The notes: generated by a model not told the origin, from the letters alone. DNA of 64,000 nucleotides from Mytilus californianus (GCF_021869535.1 NW_026262695.1:1054001-1118000), one strand, 5' to 3'; shown: positions 25,566-39,125, counted from the stretch's first letter. A program made the numbers and translations.

Positions 25566-26966
25566 AACTGGACTGGTAGTAACATATGCGTTATACATAG
25601 AAAACTCCATATGGATACTAATAATGACAGATATGAGACTTTTTCAATGTTTACCAGTTCTTATTTGTTTATATCTACTCAAATAACAATGTTCTTACCT
25701 ATATGTCTTTTTTTATCAGAGATTATTCCTTGAATATATATATAGTGGTCCAAACATGAGATATAATTGATAATGTTGTCCCCTTTTTTCTACATGTTGA
25801 AAAAGTAGAGTGATTTGGTAAAAACCATACTTTTATGTAAAAACATGGATCAACAAGAACAAATTATGTATCTCACAGCTAGACAACTTGCTAAACTGAT
25901 TATAAACTGCATTTCAAGTGGGATTTTGGAATTACTATATACATGATATAGGTATACACCAATTTCCTTTGGAATAAATGATACACTGAGAAGCCTAATA
26001 AAACATGAACACCCACTAGATCAATTGACTAAAAGCTATAGTTATACTATCAACCAGTCATAATATCCATGTTTCATTGGTTTCAGTGTTAGATAATGCA
26101 AAAATATAAACTTCAGGTAAAATCTTAACTGTGTGCCGGCTAAATGACCAAAAAAGGCTGAATTTGAGGGCTTTAATTTGACACCATGATCATTGTTACA
26201 TAAAAAAAAAATAATGTAATATGATAACTAACAACAAATGAGACAAATTTTCATTGTAATGGATATGATTTCTAAAATTTAAATTTCACATGTCTTTCAG
26301 TAATAGGTATAAAACCACTAATTCAGAGCCCCATTGCATTCTATGCTAAATTCTGCAATTTCAAGCATTAATGGCTATTTTGTTTTAAGTTCAAATAAAG
26401 TAGCAGTCAATTCATGTCAAAACTATACCTTATCCTAACGTTTGTTGAAAAATTCAACATACCTTTAATTGCATATTAGAGCATTCTGGGTGCCGGAAGG
26501 TTGATAGTACAAAAACTGGTACTTCAGATCTGAACAACAGGGCAAATGTGCCCTCCTACTATAATTATATATACTTCTTTATAATTCAAAAGATACTTTC
26601 AACAAAGGTTCTACAGCAATCCTACGTCCCCAAGCTTTCATTTAATACCAAAACTACCCAAATATTTCACCTATTGACACAGATACAGCTAAGCGTAGGA
26701 ACTATTTTGCTTACAATATGTACTACTTTCTTGTATGTACTTTCCGACCGGCCTGAATTAGTGGTTCTATTCCTTTAAAAAAATACTTTTGGGAAAAAAG
26801 AGAGCATTTAGAGATCTTTCTCTTCTTTGTGACGATTTGTTATTTTTGAAGATATCCTTTTGTCGATTTTAAATGTTCTTTATGTGTTTTTTTTTATTAT
26901 ATTAAAACAAAATGAGATTTAATAGTTCCTAGGGTTAAACTGATAAATCATCGAATGATATTGCAG

Positions 26967-27262
26967 GTGCGTAGTTGTTCCTATAATAGAAGAACCATGT
27001 TCTGCAGACCAGTCCAGTAAAGCCGCTGACGATAAATACTGTGGTTTATTGAATCCGAAAAATGTAAAAAGCCCATTCATGTCTTGTGCGAACAAAGATA
27101 TGGATATGGCCAAGGATTTATATGAGTCCTGTCTATATAATTACTGTAGTATAGAAGGATCACCTGAACTCGAGCAATCTATTTGTGAGTCTTTGGAGGG
27201 ATATGAAGAACAATGCGAAGACATGGGTTTATCAATAACTTGGCGGAAAAGGGATATTTGTC
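26967..27262 (+). CDS. Gene 1 exon: C8 domain 2
   Basis: ttgcag|CVVVPIIEEPC..YCGLLNP..SPFMSC..YESCLYNYC..ICESLEGYEEQC..WRKRDIC|gtatgt, 296 nt, phase 2-1. Confidence 0.92.
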
Positions 27263-27498
27263 GTATGTATACAAATTCACAAATATCTTAATACTTTTTT
27301 CGTTCCTTCATCTCATTCGACATATTACTACATATTTTCATGAGACGACATGAGGAAATTAGTCTTAATGACGTTACAAACGTACAGAAAAGTGTATTTT
27401 TTTCATCAAAATACTGAAACCCAAAAGCATTTCATTCACCTTCCAAGAAGACCTGTCGATTTATGCTTAGTGTATATGAGTACAAATTGACCAAATAG

Positions 27499-27721
27499 TG
27501 TAAACCAACTACTACTTACGAGCGATTAATGTTCGCGACTTTTGCAAGTAGAAAAATAACGCGAATATAAATCGTCGCAAATATGTTAAACTTCGATCTT
27601 CTCTTATGATAATACATGACATTTAATGAAATTAAAACATCGCTAAAAATAAATCGCCGCGAAGTCGAATTGAAATGGCAAAACGCGAAATTAAGTATCC
27701 GCGAAAATAAGTTGGTTTACA
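27499..27721. mobile_element. Small MITE with Tc1/mariner-like ends
   Basis: tgtaaaccaact ... agttggtttaca inverted termini with internal cgcg-rich motifs; TA target duplication not cleanly preserved. Confidence 0.5.
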
Positions 27722-28023
27722 AAATATATTATATGTTGTATTGATGAACGGTATTCAAGTTGTTTAATGCAATGATTATTTATCAATTAAGGAGAAAGTG
27801 ATGATGTTTCTTCAAGTAATTGTTTTATTTTCTTTTTTTTTTCTACACAATTTGTTTTCAGAAGGGAAGTGAAAAAATATTGAAAATTAGTTACTTATTT
27901 AAACGTCGATATAAATTGTAAAAAATTGTGCCAGGTAGTGTGCAACATTCCAATGATAATATAGTTTTTCGATTCTGAAGACCTGAATCGAGATAAAAAT
28001 ATAACATTTCAGTCAAAAAAGAT

Positions 28024-28330
28024 AAATAAAGGCAACAGTAGTATACCGCTGTTCGAAACTCATAAATCGATAGAGATAAAAACAAATCCGGGTTACAAAC
28101 TAAAACTGAGAGAAACGCATCAAATATAAGAGGAGAACAACGACACAACAAAAACACATCATTAAATTGTAACACACACAGAAACGAACTATAATATAAC
28201 AATGGCCATTTTTCTGACTTGGTACAGGACATTTTAAGAAAAAAATGGTGGGTTGAACCTGGTTTTGTGGCATGCCAAACCTCCCGATTTTATGGCAATG
28301 TTACATATAACATTAAAATGACAACATTAA
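28024..28330. repeat. Dispersed repeat (ataaaggcaacagtagtataccgctgttc family); copies at about 12320-12590 (inverse) and 54289-54960
   Basis: Direct sequence similarity among the three copies. Confidence 0.8.
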
Positions 28331-28352
28331 AATAGTCATTTTCCTATTTTAG

Positions 28353-28555
28353 CACTCACATGTCCAGATAACATGGAATATACTACTTCTGGGAGTGGAT
28401 GTCCAGCAACTTGTGTGGACCCAGATGCTCCATTAACATGCAGATTACCAAATACAGAAGGTTGTCAATGTAAAGAAGGATTTCTCCTGAGTGGAAATGA
28501 ATGTGTGCCCAAAGAACAATGTGGATGTCGTGGACCAGAAGGAGAATACTATCCC
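28353..28555 (+). CDS. Gene 1 exon: TIL domain 2
   Basis: ttttag|LTCPDNMEYTTSGSGCPATCVD..EGCQCKEGFLLSGNECVPKEQCGC..GEYYP|gtatgt, 203 nt, phase 1-0. Confidence 0.93.
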
Positions 28556-29294
28556 GTATGTATACACATATATTTATGTATTGCGATTAATTTTTGATAA
28601 AGCAAACATTCATCAAAGATAAATGGCTTATCATTCAATATGCTAGACGGTTTTTTTCTCAACACCAGATTCATAAATAGCCCTGATATCAAAATGTGTG
28701 TAATTTAAAAAAAATCAATTACGATGAAGAAGAGCATTAAAAAGCAAAATTTGCTTCGCCGATTTATAATTTGGGGTGTAAATATCCTAGTGCTTTCAAA
28801 TGATTTGAGAATTTTATGACTGGTTAACTATTAGAAGTGATAACATTAGTGAGATGCCTTTTCAGGCTCCCAATTAAGAGGAGTATGTCTGCCTTTCTCT
28901 TTGTGAATTTATGAACGGGAAAACATGGTCAATAAAACGGAAACAGTGCAAAGTAACATTTAAGTATACCAAAAATTTTTTAACATGCTGGAACTAATAC
29001 TGTTTACTTTCGTTGAATCAATTCATGTTAAAGTTTAAGGCACGTTTAATTCTCGTTTGGAAGGAATTAAGACCTGAAATAATCAAAATACCGAATAAAA
29101 CCTCGTCTGTTCAAATGTATTAATATTACAAAGCATATAATTTATGATACTTCTTACAAGTTGCTTTAAATTTAGTATCACAGAAGATTAACAGAAGTTT
29201 TCGAATCTTCATGTGATTTGATACGCCAAAGCTTCTCAAAATAGATATTTCACTATAAGGTTATACACTATATAAAACTGCCACCCCAGCCCAG

Positions 29295-29339
<45 letters not shown>

Positions 29340-30501
29340 CAAAGTAGCAATGTATGTATGAGGGGAAATATCGCATCACTAATTGCTTGATTATTAAAAT
29401 ATATCTGTCTTGCAATTTTACAATCTGCTTACACTTTACACTGTGGACTATTAGACATTTTAACGAGTGTACGCAATTGGGTTTTCAATGCATGTTCTTA
29501 ACCTCATTCTTGATTTTGACTTTCACCTATTTTGATTCGAGCTTCGGTTCAAAATATTGTGTAGAAATATCCGCTTGTGGTGTACTTAATCAAAAGCTCG
29601 AATTTTTTTTTATAGTTTTCACATGTGCCTGACGTATAATAAAATCATGTGACAGAGTATGCATACATAAAAAAATACTGCATTCCCTGGTCTTCAAAGT
29701 GCATAAAACTTCGAATGTTTCCAAAACAATATCTTCTGTTTATACCTTGTCAGGCAATTATAACATAAATCCGATGATCTTTTACGTTTTTCACCTGATA
29801 ACATTAAACATACATGACATGAAGTTTGTTACTGCCTCTCTTTGTTAACAAAATCAAAATTGTTTAGGACAGGGCCATATCTTTCAAACTCTTAAACGGC
29901 CATTACTTAAAACAATTAGAACTTTATAGTTTTAAAGTCTGCTTCTTGAAAGTTAATTGTATAGGAAAGGGACTTATATTTACGATAACATCTAACTAAT
30001 AAGCTTGAATCTTAATTAATATTTTAAGAACTAAACAGAACCTGACATCAAGCAAAGAAGATGTGCAGTACGGGTTAATAAACCAGCAAAGTCAACATTC
30101 AAAAACTACCTACAAATAAGCATACTGTATTCAGCAATATACAATATATTTGGGTCTATCTAGTAACAAACACACTTAGAGTTTTAAAGATCTGCCATCA
30201 AAACCAAATTCCATTAAGTACAACATACTAGTTATCAAGCTATGCCCGAACAAAACCACCAGCATTTTGTATGACTCGACCCACATTGTATGGTGACCTT
30301 TGTCAAAACTGTTTCATAGGAGTATTATCAACATTTTGTTCTATTCATATATTAAGTAAATGTAGAGGGAACGTTAATTTTGTAAAACATTATTTTGTTT
30401 CCATCAAACTGACAAATAATTTTTGGTACTAAAAAGCTGATAATATTTCCATTCATAAAGATTTTCTGGTTGTCAACTTACTTAAATTAATTTTTTCTTA
30501 G

Positions 30502-30691
30502 CTTGGAAAGCAATTAACTTCATCAGACTGCACAATTGTAACCAAGTGTTCCAGAGAAAACGGGAAACCAACTTTGACAGTTGTTAAACAACAAATTTGT
30601 CATCAAAATGCTAAATGTCGTCTCCGAAGAGGTCAATATAGATGTATATGTAAAAAGAAGTTCAAGGGAAATGGTGTAGATGTTTGCACTC
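30502..30691 (+). CDS. Gene 1 exon: post-TIL segment plus EGF-like domain (absent from the ORF track)
   Basis: ttcttag|LGKQLTSSDCTIVTKC..QICHQNAKCRLRRGQYRCICKKKFKGNGVDVCT|gtaagt, phase 0-1. Confidence 0.9.
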
Positions 30692-31353
30692 GTAAGTACA
30701 TTAGCTGTTTTATATAGTGATTTTGTCTTGCACTTCTGTCATAACAAAGGGTATGGTGATGGCAGAACCTTCAATTGAAATATGTTTTTTGTAATTGCCC
30801 TATAATTTATATTTAAACTTACTCAGATAAGGCTGACTTTTGACCTTAGACGGTTTTGACTGGTGTGTATTGAACTTAATATTTTACTCCATCATGCAAA
30901 GTTGACCTTGGAGGAATTTGTCTATTCTTATAGATCTCACTTGGTCATATAGTTCCTAAAGGTTCTACCTATCTATACAATGTTGGTTTATAAAAAAAGA
31001 GTTTGAGCGTTCAAGATGAGGATCAATTCTGAAACGCGCTTTGGACACACGAAATGTATCAAAAGTTAATTTCTTTTGCCAGTATGTCCCATTACTTTAC
31101 ATTGAAAACATTTTTAAGGTAGCTTTTTTAAAGTTTTTCGTAACAAACATTCGATATACCCAAGCCCTATTGAACTTTGTCAATATTTGATAGAGTAAAG
31201 TAAACAAAACAAAAATAAAACAATCTAGTTATTATTTTTACGGAGTTAATTGATGTGTAAAATAAGCCCACATAAGTACACATACAAAACAAAATCGTTA
31301 AATATACCATAGTACATACCATTTCAATAAAATGATCTTGAAATTATAATTAA

Positions 31354-31745
31354 GGATGTACTTAGGTCAGGTTTAGGAATTTTTGTCAGATGTTCGGACT
31401 CCTTGGTTTTTTTCCTTCGGTACAGGGTAAAATAGTTTGACCAATGACACATATTTGTCTTTTCATATAAGACTTCAATAGCTCATAAAAGGTCTTTTAC
31501 CAAAATTTAAGCAGATCTTAAATTTCTTTTCCTTCGATTTAACACCAAAATAACACCGATGAAAATAGAAGTTAAAAGCCCGAGACAGCCTTTTCCCGCC
31601 ATTTAAACAAATTTAAATATCTTGAAAAGGAGCTCCATGACCTATCAATATGTTTAGCTTATTTTGTTCTTTAACTAAAGCTCTTCTAAGTTAAAGTATC
31701 AATTTTAAATCCTAGATTTTTTTTTAATTTCACCTAACTACATCC
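31354..31745. mobile_element. TTAA-flanked MITE (family A, copy 2)
   Basis: TTAA|GGATGTACT...ACTACATCC|TTAA; paralogous to 17915-18338. Confidence 0.75.
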
Positions 31746-33598
31746 TTAAAATCAAATGAACTTTTTCGCATAAGTCATAAGTAAAACTCGGGAAGTCATG
31801 AATTCAGGCAACAGTAGTTGTTTTCCGATAATCAAATCTCGTAAATCGAATACAATCAAGAAAATCAAGGTAAGAAACAAAACTGGGATCGCATGAACTC
31901 CAAAAGGATTGAGACCGGTTAGTCGTCGGGGAATAACCAAATTGGAGCTGTAGTATCATTATAATAGAATAATTGTAAAATTAATTATTAATCAGAAAGG
32001 AGAAGGTCCGGTAATAGCTAGTTTTGGCCTGAAATTTGAAGTATTTCTGATAACAGATTTTTGACTTTTTTAAATCAAAAAGTGTTTTCTTCAGTCAATT
32101 CAATTAGTTTATGTATTAGATTTTGTCATTAAACACGCTTCCAGCTTGAATATAAAAATAATTTATCAAATATGCCATAAAACGTCATTTTTCAGATGGT
32201 TTTTGTCTAGAATATAAACGGCCACATACATGTTATGTGTTATCATCAAATACAACATATATTTAAATATTAAGACTGAATACAAGTGCGGTCACTTCCA
32301 TTTTAGACAAAAACTGTCTACATATTAGCACAAATGCTAAAATTGTGAAGATTAAAGTAATTTTTCATCAATTAATGATGCTAGTACCTGATGCATGTGC
32401 ATTGTATTGTCAAAAAAGTCAATATTTATGTAACAAAAATATTCTACTTTCCAAATATTAGCTAAAGGTTTAAATTCTTAACAAATTCGTAAAAATGCTA
32501 TATTTTTGGGCCAAAAAAAAAAGAGTCTTACCGGGCCAACTTCTTGATGTGTAATAAGTAAACAAAGTGGGGTTGTTTCTACAGAATAAGTACAAGAGAT
32601 GGTTAAAACATGGATTTTCCAAAACAATCAACAAAGTTGTGATAGCTTCTATAACACTTTTACTTCAAATTTATAAAAATGTGTCTTAACTTAGTTGCAT
32701 AATTTTTTTAAGTTAATCTATTTATTGCATTAGTAATAGCTGGTATATCTGATCAACGCTGAAATTTGTAATCCAATTTTGAATAAAAATGCAATCTGAA
32801 ATATCTTATCAACTTTGAGATGTTAAATCTGTAACATGTGATGCGGGGTGTTAATTTTAAAGAGTATTTGTTGGAAAGCAATTTGTTACTTTCGTTACCC
32901 TATTACATAATAAAATCCAACGGTATTTTAACGATGTTTAAATCTCATGAATGGAATCAATTTTAATGAAAAATAAAGGTAACAAAATGTGTAGACCAAA
33001 AGGTATATGTATATCTAAATTTTAAGTTAAATCGTGTTTTGAAGATCAGTTGGACAGGATCCATTTCAGCATGTGTATATTTCTTTGAACTATTTGTGAG
33101 ACTTTCTTTGAACACATCATAATGAACTACGATCGAATTCAATAAATAGTCAACACCCGTTGTCTTTGTAGAATTTTCCTATTTTTTTTCTTTTTATTAT
33201 TATTTCTATTTGGACGGGGACAGGAGTTGGTCCTTAAATGTTTTTGGTCTAAATACATCACAAGAGTAGTATTCAATATGATATGCAGATTTATTTTTGG
33301 GTGTGATTGTTACCCAGTAAACGATACGGATCCTTGCAGATATGAATGTCATATAGTGACATGAATCTGCACACATTTCCTTAGAGTTAGCGATACATAA
33401 CATTTTTTTTACTGGTTCATTGATATGTTTACAAAATAATCATATTTAATATTTTAGGCAATGTGAACGAACTTTAATACATTTCTTTTTAAATTATCTT
33501 TATCAAACTTTTAGGAAAAATATGTATCAAATATATAAATGGGATTATTCTTCGAAATTGAAATTAGAATAAAGTGTATTTATTTTTTTTATACAAAG

Positions 33599-33625
33599 CA
33601 CCTGAAGATCAAGAGAATGTTGATG
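33599..33625 (+). CDS. Gene 1: 27-nt acidic linker exon (PPEDQENVD)
   Basis: T-rich tract then acaaag acceptor; g|gtgagt consensus donor; phase 1-1 keeps the frame into the kringle exon. Confidence 0.7.
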
Positions 33626-34346
33626 GTGAGTATTTTCTCCAAATTAAGTCAAAATAAATTCATTATAAATTAATATAGTAGTTTTATATAATGGTATCTT
33701 TTTTACTCAAGAGCTGCGTATTTCGACATAATTTTGTGGCATATACACACAACTTTATTTTATAATTATAAATCTATTCATTTAAACTTTGAAATATGCA
33801 AGAGTTACTTTCATTCGTATACACTTTAAAACAACTTCAAGAAAATGAATGCAGCTTTTGAACATGTAATGTTGAAACTAATTCATACTATATTCAAAAT
33901 ATTATTTTTAACGTCCAGTAATAGAACTTCATGCATCGTCCTTTACGAGTACAAGATTTCTCGTTTGAATTCGATTTACCTTTGTCATTTCGGGGCCTTT
34001 AATAGCTTTCTATGTGGTATATGTGTTGATCATTGTGGAAAACCTAAAGTAGCTAACGTCTACTTCATTTTAAGAGTTGTCTTATTGGTAATCATACCAC
34101 TTCCTTTTAGATTAGCTTGTTATAAAAATCGATACGCATATGTTGTCTGAAGAATGACAAAGCGATTATCAGGATTGTGATGCTTGGGAAAATTCCATTT
34201 TCAGTTAACAAAAATATAAATGAAATCGATCAATTGTTGAAGACAACCTTAAAGTGTGTTGTTCTATTAACGTCATTTGCTTTGTCGTTGAATTGCAGGC
34301 TCAATGACGTATAAACCACATCTCAATTTATTCATAAATATTTCAG

Positions 34347-34571
34347 AATGTCGAAAATCCACAAAGGGTACGGAATACAAAGGTCGAATTAGTTTGACAC
34401 AAACTGGGCGTACCTGTCAGCATTGGAAACGGCAATATCCACACAAACACGTGTTTAGCAAGCTTAAAACGAAACATAATTACTGTAGAAATCCTAACAA
34501 CAGCGGACAACCATGGTGTTATACAATAGATCCAACCAAACGTTGGGAATATTGTAAGATACCTATGTGTG
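34347..34571 (+). CDS. Gene 1 exon: kringle domain
   Basis: tttcag|CRKSTKGTEYKG..TGRTCQHW..YPHKH..NYCRNP..PWCYT.DP.KRWEYCKIPMC|gtgagt, 225 nt, phase 1-1. Confidence 0.95.
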
Positions 34572-35731
34572 GTGAGTTTACTTGCTTTAACTTGTGTTAA
34601 TTTTAAATCATCGCATTACATGTATAGAAGTCGAAATATAGGAATCATGATATTGTTCTTTGTTTTTTTGTTTTTTTTAAATAAATTAAAAAACACTTAA
34701 CTGCTTTATCTTTATTTAGTAGCAAACACTACTTTATTTGCTTTGTTCACTTATTGTTAAGGAATAGCAGTGCACAGCATTTACTTTTTATTCTGTAATT
34801 TTATTAAAATAATAAGAGTAAATTATTCAGATACTTTTGTTATACACTAGTGTCTAAAATGAAAAGTTCAATACAAAATATTTGATTTGTCTAATACACA
34901 AACATTACCGTTGTTTTTTTCCGCATTAAATTTTAAGGTATCTGCAACTTTTCGTTCCAAATATATTCATAGACAGGAATAATTCGGGATTCCGTATTTG
35001 ATTTGCTAAACAGTATTCGTTTTTCGATAATTTATTTGTCATCCGTGCTGCTCCATTCAATGCGCTCAATGTTCACACGTGCGTATACTGGATATAAAAA
35101 GAACATTATTAATAGATGTCAATATGCCTTCCTGTGGACTATTACGTAACATTTTAAGATTGCAAACTGAAATACGATTTAGCAGGTTGGACTAAGCAAA
35201 ACCGTTTTTTTTTATCGCATTTCGAATGTTTTGCATGTACATGTATCATTTACAAGTGGATGTAAAACAAACGTCATTCAATTGATTAAGAACCATACAA
35301 CATAGTTTGTTTTTATAGTGATTAAGATTATATATTCTGTATCCATATTTTTTACTTTTTTACCTATTATGTCTGTTTGTTTTGCTCACACATTGCTGTC
35401 AATATAATGGAATTCAAAGCGACTGTCATACAATGGAGAGGTTTAGCTAGCTATAAAACCATTTTCTACCTAAGGAAATGCCTGTACCAAGTCATGAATA
35501 TGTTTTCCATTCGTTAGATGTGATTGAGCTTTTGATTTTTATTAAGGACTTTCCGTTTTGAATTTCCCTTGTACTCCGGTATTTTTGTTATTTTACTTTT
35601 GACCTAGCAATACATAGTTACATGAAACTAATTGCATTGTAAAACATTACTATATCAATCAAATACAGAAAAAAATAACCGCTTTATATATTTTCTTTTT
35701 ATAATTAGAGTTTTTTTTTTCTTCTTTGCAG

Positions 35732-35748
35732 ATTTCATATCGTTATGA
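35732..35748 (+). CDS. Gene 1 terminal coding exon (DFISL*)
   Basis: Strong acceptor ttttttttttcttctttgcag, in-frame TGA at 35746-35748, AATAAA at 35825. Confidence 0.65.
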
Positions 35749-36542
35749 GGACTGAAAAGAATTCGAGGCATAGTGCATTCTCAATAAGTGTGTGCTAAGC
35801 TTTAACTATATCATCATATCATAAAATAAAATTGCAGATATTATTTTTCTATATTCATTCATCTAGAATTATAACAAAATAGTTCGAAAGATTTAAGCAT
35901 ACGAATTGTAATGATAGATTATGCATCTAGCTTTTAGACATGGATACAACAATAGATTGAATTTTTAGTATTTAGAAATAAAGTAATGTGGTATGATTGC
36001 CGATGAGAAAACTATCCACCATATGCCAAATTACATGAATACAAGGAACTATAGGACACCGTAAAGTCGTCAACAATGAACAAGATAAATACCGTATAGT
36101 TAGCTATAAAAAGCTCCGACATGACAACAAGTAAAACATTTCAAACGAGATATCCAACGTTCTGAATTACGACAAAACAATACACGAATAACAAATATGA
36201 CTAACAGCAACATATGGCAATGACTGTTTTAACTAAAGAATGTGACGGGATTAAACATGTTTGGAAGCGCTCAACCTTCCCCTAACCTTGGACAGTGGTG
36301 TTGGAACAACACATTATTAGAACAAACTGTAAAAGTCAGTTTTGAAATTACTTGACTCATCCGATTTGCACGAAATTCGAAGGAATTACTTGTTACATTA
36401 ACACAAAAGACACAAAGTACCGAGGTGCGTGTATGTATCGTGTGTTTGTGACATATACAAGAACAAGTCAAAGTTTTCAGACTTAACGCAGTAACATTCG
36501 AAAGGGACACAATAGTTCCTAGTTATTCCGTGTTAATTCGTT

Positions 36543-37163
36543 TTTTTATACGCCCGTTTACGAGATGTATTATGGTATACCGTTGTCCGTCTGTTCGACC
36601 GTCGTACCGTCTGTCCCTCCGTCTGTCCGTCCGTCTGTCCGTCCGTCGTCAACATGTTGGACAATAACTCAAAAACACTTTAACCAATTTGCATGAAATT
36701 TTGGTGAATTGTTTATATCTATTTAAGTAAGCTTTCTTTAAATTTTTATAAATTTTGGATTTTACTTTTCCGAGTTGTTGGGTTTTATTCATCAAAAAGG
36801 GGGATTTTTTAGTTTTCGGACAATAACTCATAAGCTTTAAGCAGTTTTCATGAAACTTTGGTGAATTGTTTATATCTATTGACGTAAGCTCCCTTTTGAT
36901 TTTTATTAATTTTAGATTTTACGTTTCCGAGATATGCAATTTTATTCATAAAAAGGGGGGATTTTCCAGTTTTCGGACAATAACTCAAAAGTGCTTTGAG
37001 CAGTTTTCATGAAACTTTGATGACTGGTTTATATCTATTAAAATTACCGCCCTTTAGTTTTTTTGTTTTTTTTTTTATAAATTTCTGATATGCCATTGAG
37101 GAGTTATAGAACTTTATTCTTTGAAAAAGTGACGAGCGTATCATGCTGTCATGGCGCAGCTCT
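36543..37163 (+). mobile_element. Helentron-associated (HINE/pearl/CvA-like) non-autonomous element with internal tandem repeats
   Basis: Sub-terminal inverted repeat ttttatacgcccgt / gacgagcgtatc, a (ccgtctgt/ccgt)n microsatellite, three roughly 155-160-bp monomers starting ggacaataactc, and a short 3' stem-loop-like motif. Confidence 0.7.
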
Positions 37164-38784
37164 TGATTTTCTTCTGTTTTACAAATATGCTTTACCCCTG
37201 TGAGTTTGACATGGGTAATGAATGGACTTTTTGATGTTATAATTAATACAGTAAAGTTTTGTTAAACATTGCATATGCTTATAATAGCTTCTGCTAAAGA
37301 CATAGTTTAACCCCGCCACATTCTGTATGTGCCTGTGACAAGTCAGGAGTCTGTTATTCAGTGGTTGTAGATTGTTGCTGTATATCATATTTGATTTTCC
37401 TTCATTGTTTTTCACATAAATTTATCAGGCCGTTATTTTTTTTGTTTGAAATGTTAAAAAAATACATTTTGTCATTTCAGGGCCGTGTATAGCTGACTAT
37501 GCGTTATGTGTTTTCCTCATTGTTGAAAGCCGTACGGTGACGTATAGTTGTTAACTGCTATGTCACTTGATCTCTTGTGGAGAGTTTTCTCATTGGCAAT
37601 CATACCACATCCTCTTATTCTTATATGGTGTACTCACGATTATGTTGTGTTTCGCATTGATCATGTTGATTATGCAAAATAGTAACCTTGGTTTAAGACA
37701 AACTGTTTTCCCCCGAATATTATGAAGAAAATAAAAAAGGGGGCATGATTGTTATTGACATGACTAATCTCAATGACGTAGATGTAAGCAGCTATTCTTC
37801 CCTGTACGGCCTTCAATCATATTGAAATCCCATATAAATCAATTTTTAATTTATGGGAGGTGCTATGTCTTCAGATGAGTCTATTACTTCGAATATATAT
37901 TCTTTGAATTATAACATGAAAATAAAGTAAAAAATTAAATTCTGACAAAAAATCAGATTACGCATTCTATATTTGTAGATATGAAAATAATACTATCTGT
38001 CTCCATGTAATGTAAAGGAATAAATCATTGTCTAGAAATTTCAGACACAAACAAAAATCACTATAAAATAATAGTTGTAATAAAGAAAATAGCTCTCTTA
38101 CTACGTGTTCAACATTGGCAGAAGCAGTCTAATTCTTTCAAAATGGTGTGCATAAACCTACAACTATTAGCCTACAAGGAATGCAAATGTCGTAAGAGTA
38201 ATATACAGGGAAACAAACCTCGACAGTTCAGTTACCAACAGAGTGCCTACTAGCTAGCATACTTGAGGACTGCTGTTTACGGTACACATAATACAGATGT
38301 TTACAAATTTACAATCAATATGGACTCGATGGATATGTGATCAACCTGTTTTCGTCTATAAAAAGTTTACACTTTGCCAGACTTATTGTATCTTACTTTT
38401 TCTGTTTTTCTAGAAGTTTCACTGATTTATTTTAACAAATTTTGGTTTTATCTCATTAAGCCTTTTCTTCATCATGTTCATCTTATCTTGGTGTTTAGTT
38501 TATATACTGTTATAAGTTTGGATTTCTTAAAAGATTCATGAATTAAAAGAAAATGGGAGAAATTGTCAATTAATCATGTATTCATACATAATGATGATAA
38601 ACAAATATTCCTAAACAGTTAGGTTTTTATCATTATAGAGCTCACTTTTTATTAGAAATACAGCTTCCACCATCTCTATGATAAATACACAACAAAGGTT
38701 TATGCTTTGTTCACATATCTTGATTCTTTGATAAGTTAGAACATAATATATTACAATTTGGTGCTTGAAATATACATATAAAAA

Positions 38785-39125
38785 AGAAGATGTGGTATGA
38801 TTGCCAATGAGACAACTCTCCACAAGAGACCAAATGACACAGAAATTAACAATTATAGGTCACCGTACGGCCTTCAACAATGAGCAAAGCCCATACCGCA
38901 CAGTCAGCTATAAAAGACCACGAAATGACAATGTAAAACAATTCAAACGAGAAAACTAACGGCCTAATTTATGTACAAAAAATGAACGAAAAACAAATAT
39001 GTAACACATAAACAAACGACAACCACTGAATTACAGGCTCTTGACTTGGAACAGACACATACATACAGAATGTGGCGGGGTTAAACACGTTAGCGGGATC
39101 CCAACCCTCTCCCTAACCTGGGACA
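38785..39125. repeat. High-copy dispersed repeat (gatgtggtatgattgccaatgagacaactc family)
   Basis: Partial copies at about 8225, 8800, 22375, 35985, 37330-37620 (inverse), 39830, 55615 and 61340. Confidence 0.8.

Noticed and set aside
29297-29338. Poly-C and poly-G runs (also about 5006 and 51832) as G-quadruplex regulatory elements
   Set aside because: These are simple homopolymers of uncertain length, common in such assemblies, with no supporting context.
33206-33403. Minus-strand 65-aa ORF inside an intron of gene 1
   Set aside because: It has a protein-like composition but no recognisable motif, no partner exons and no convincing splice sites.
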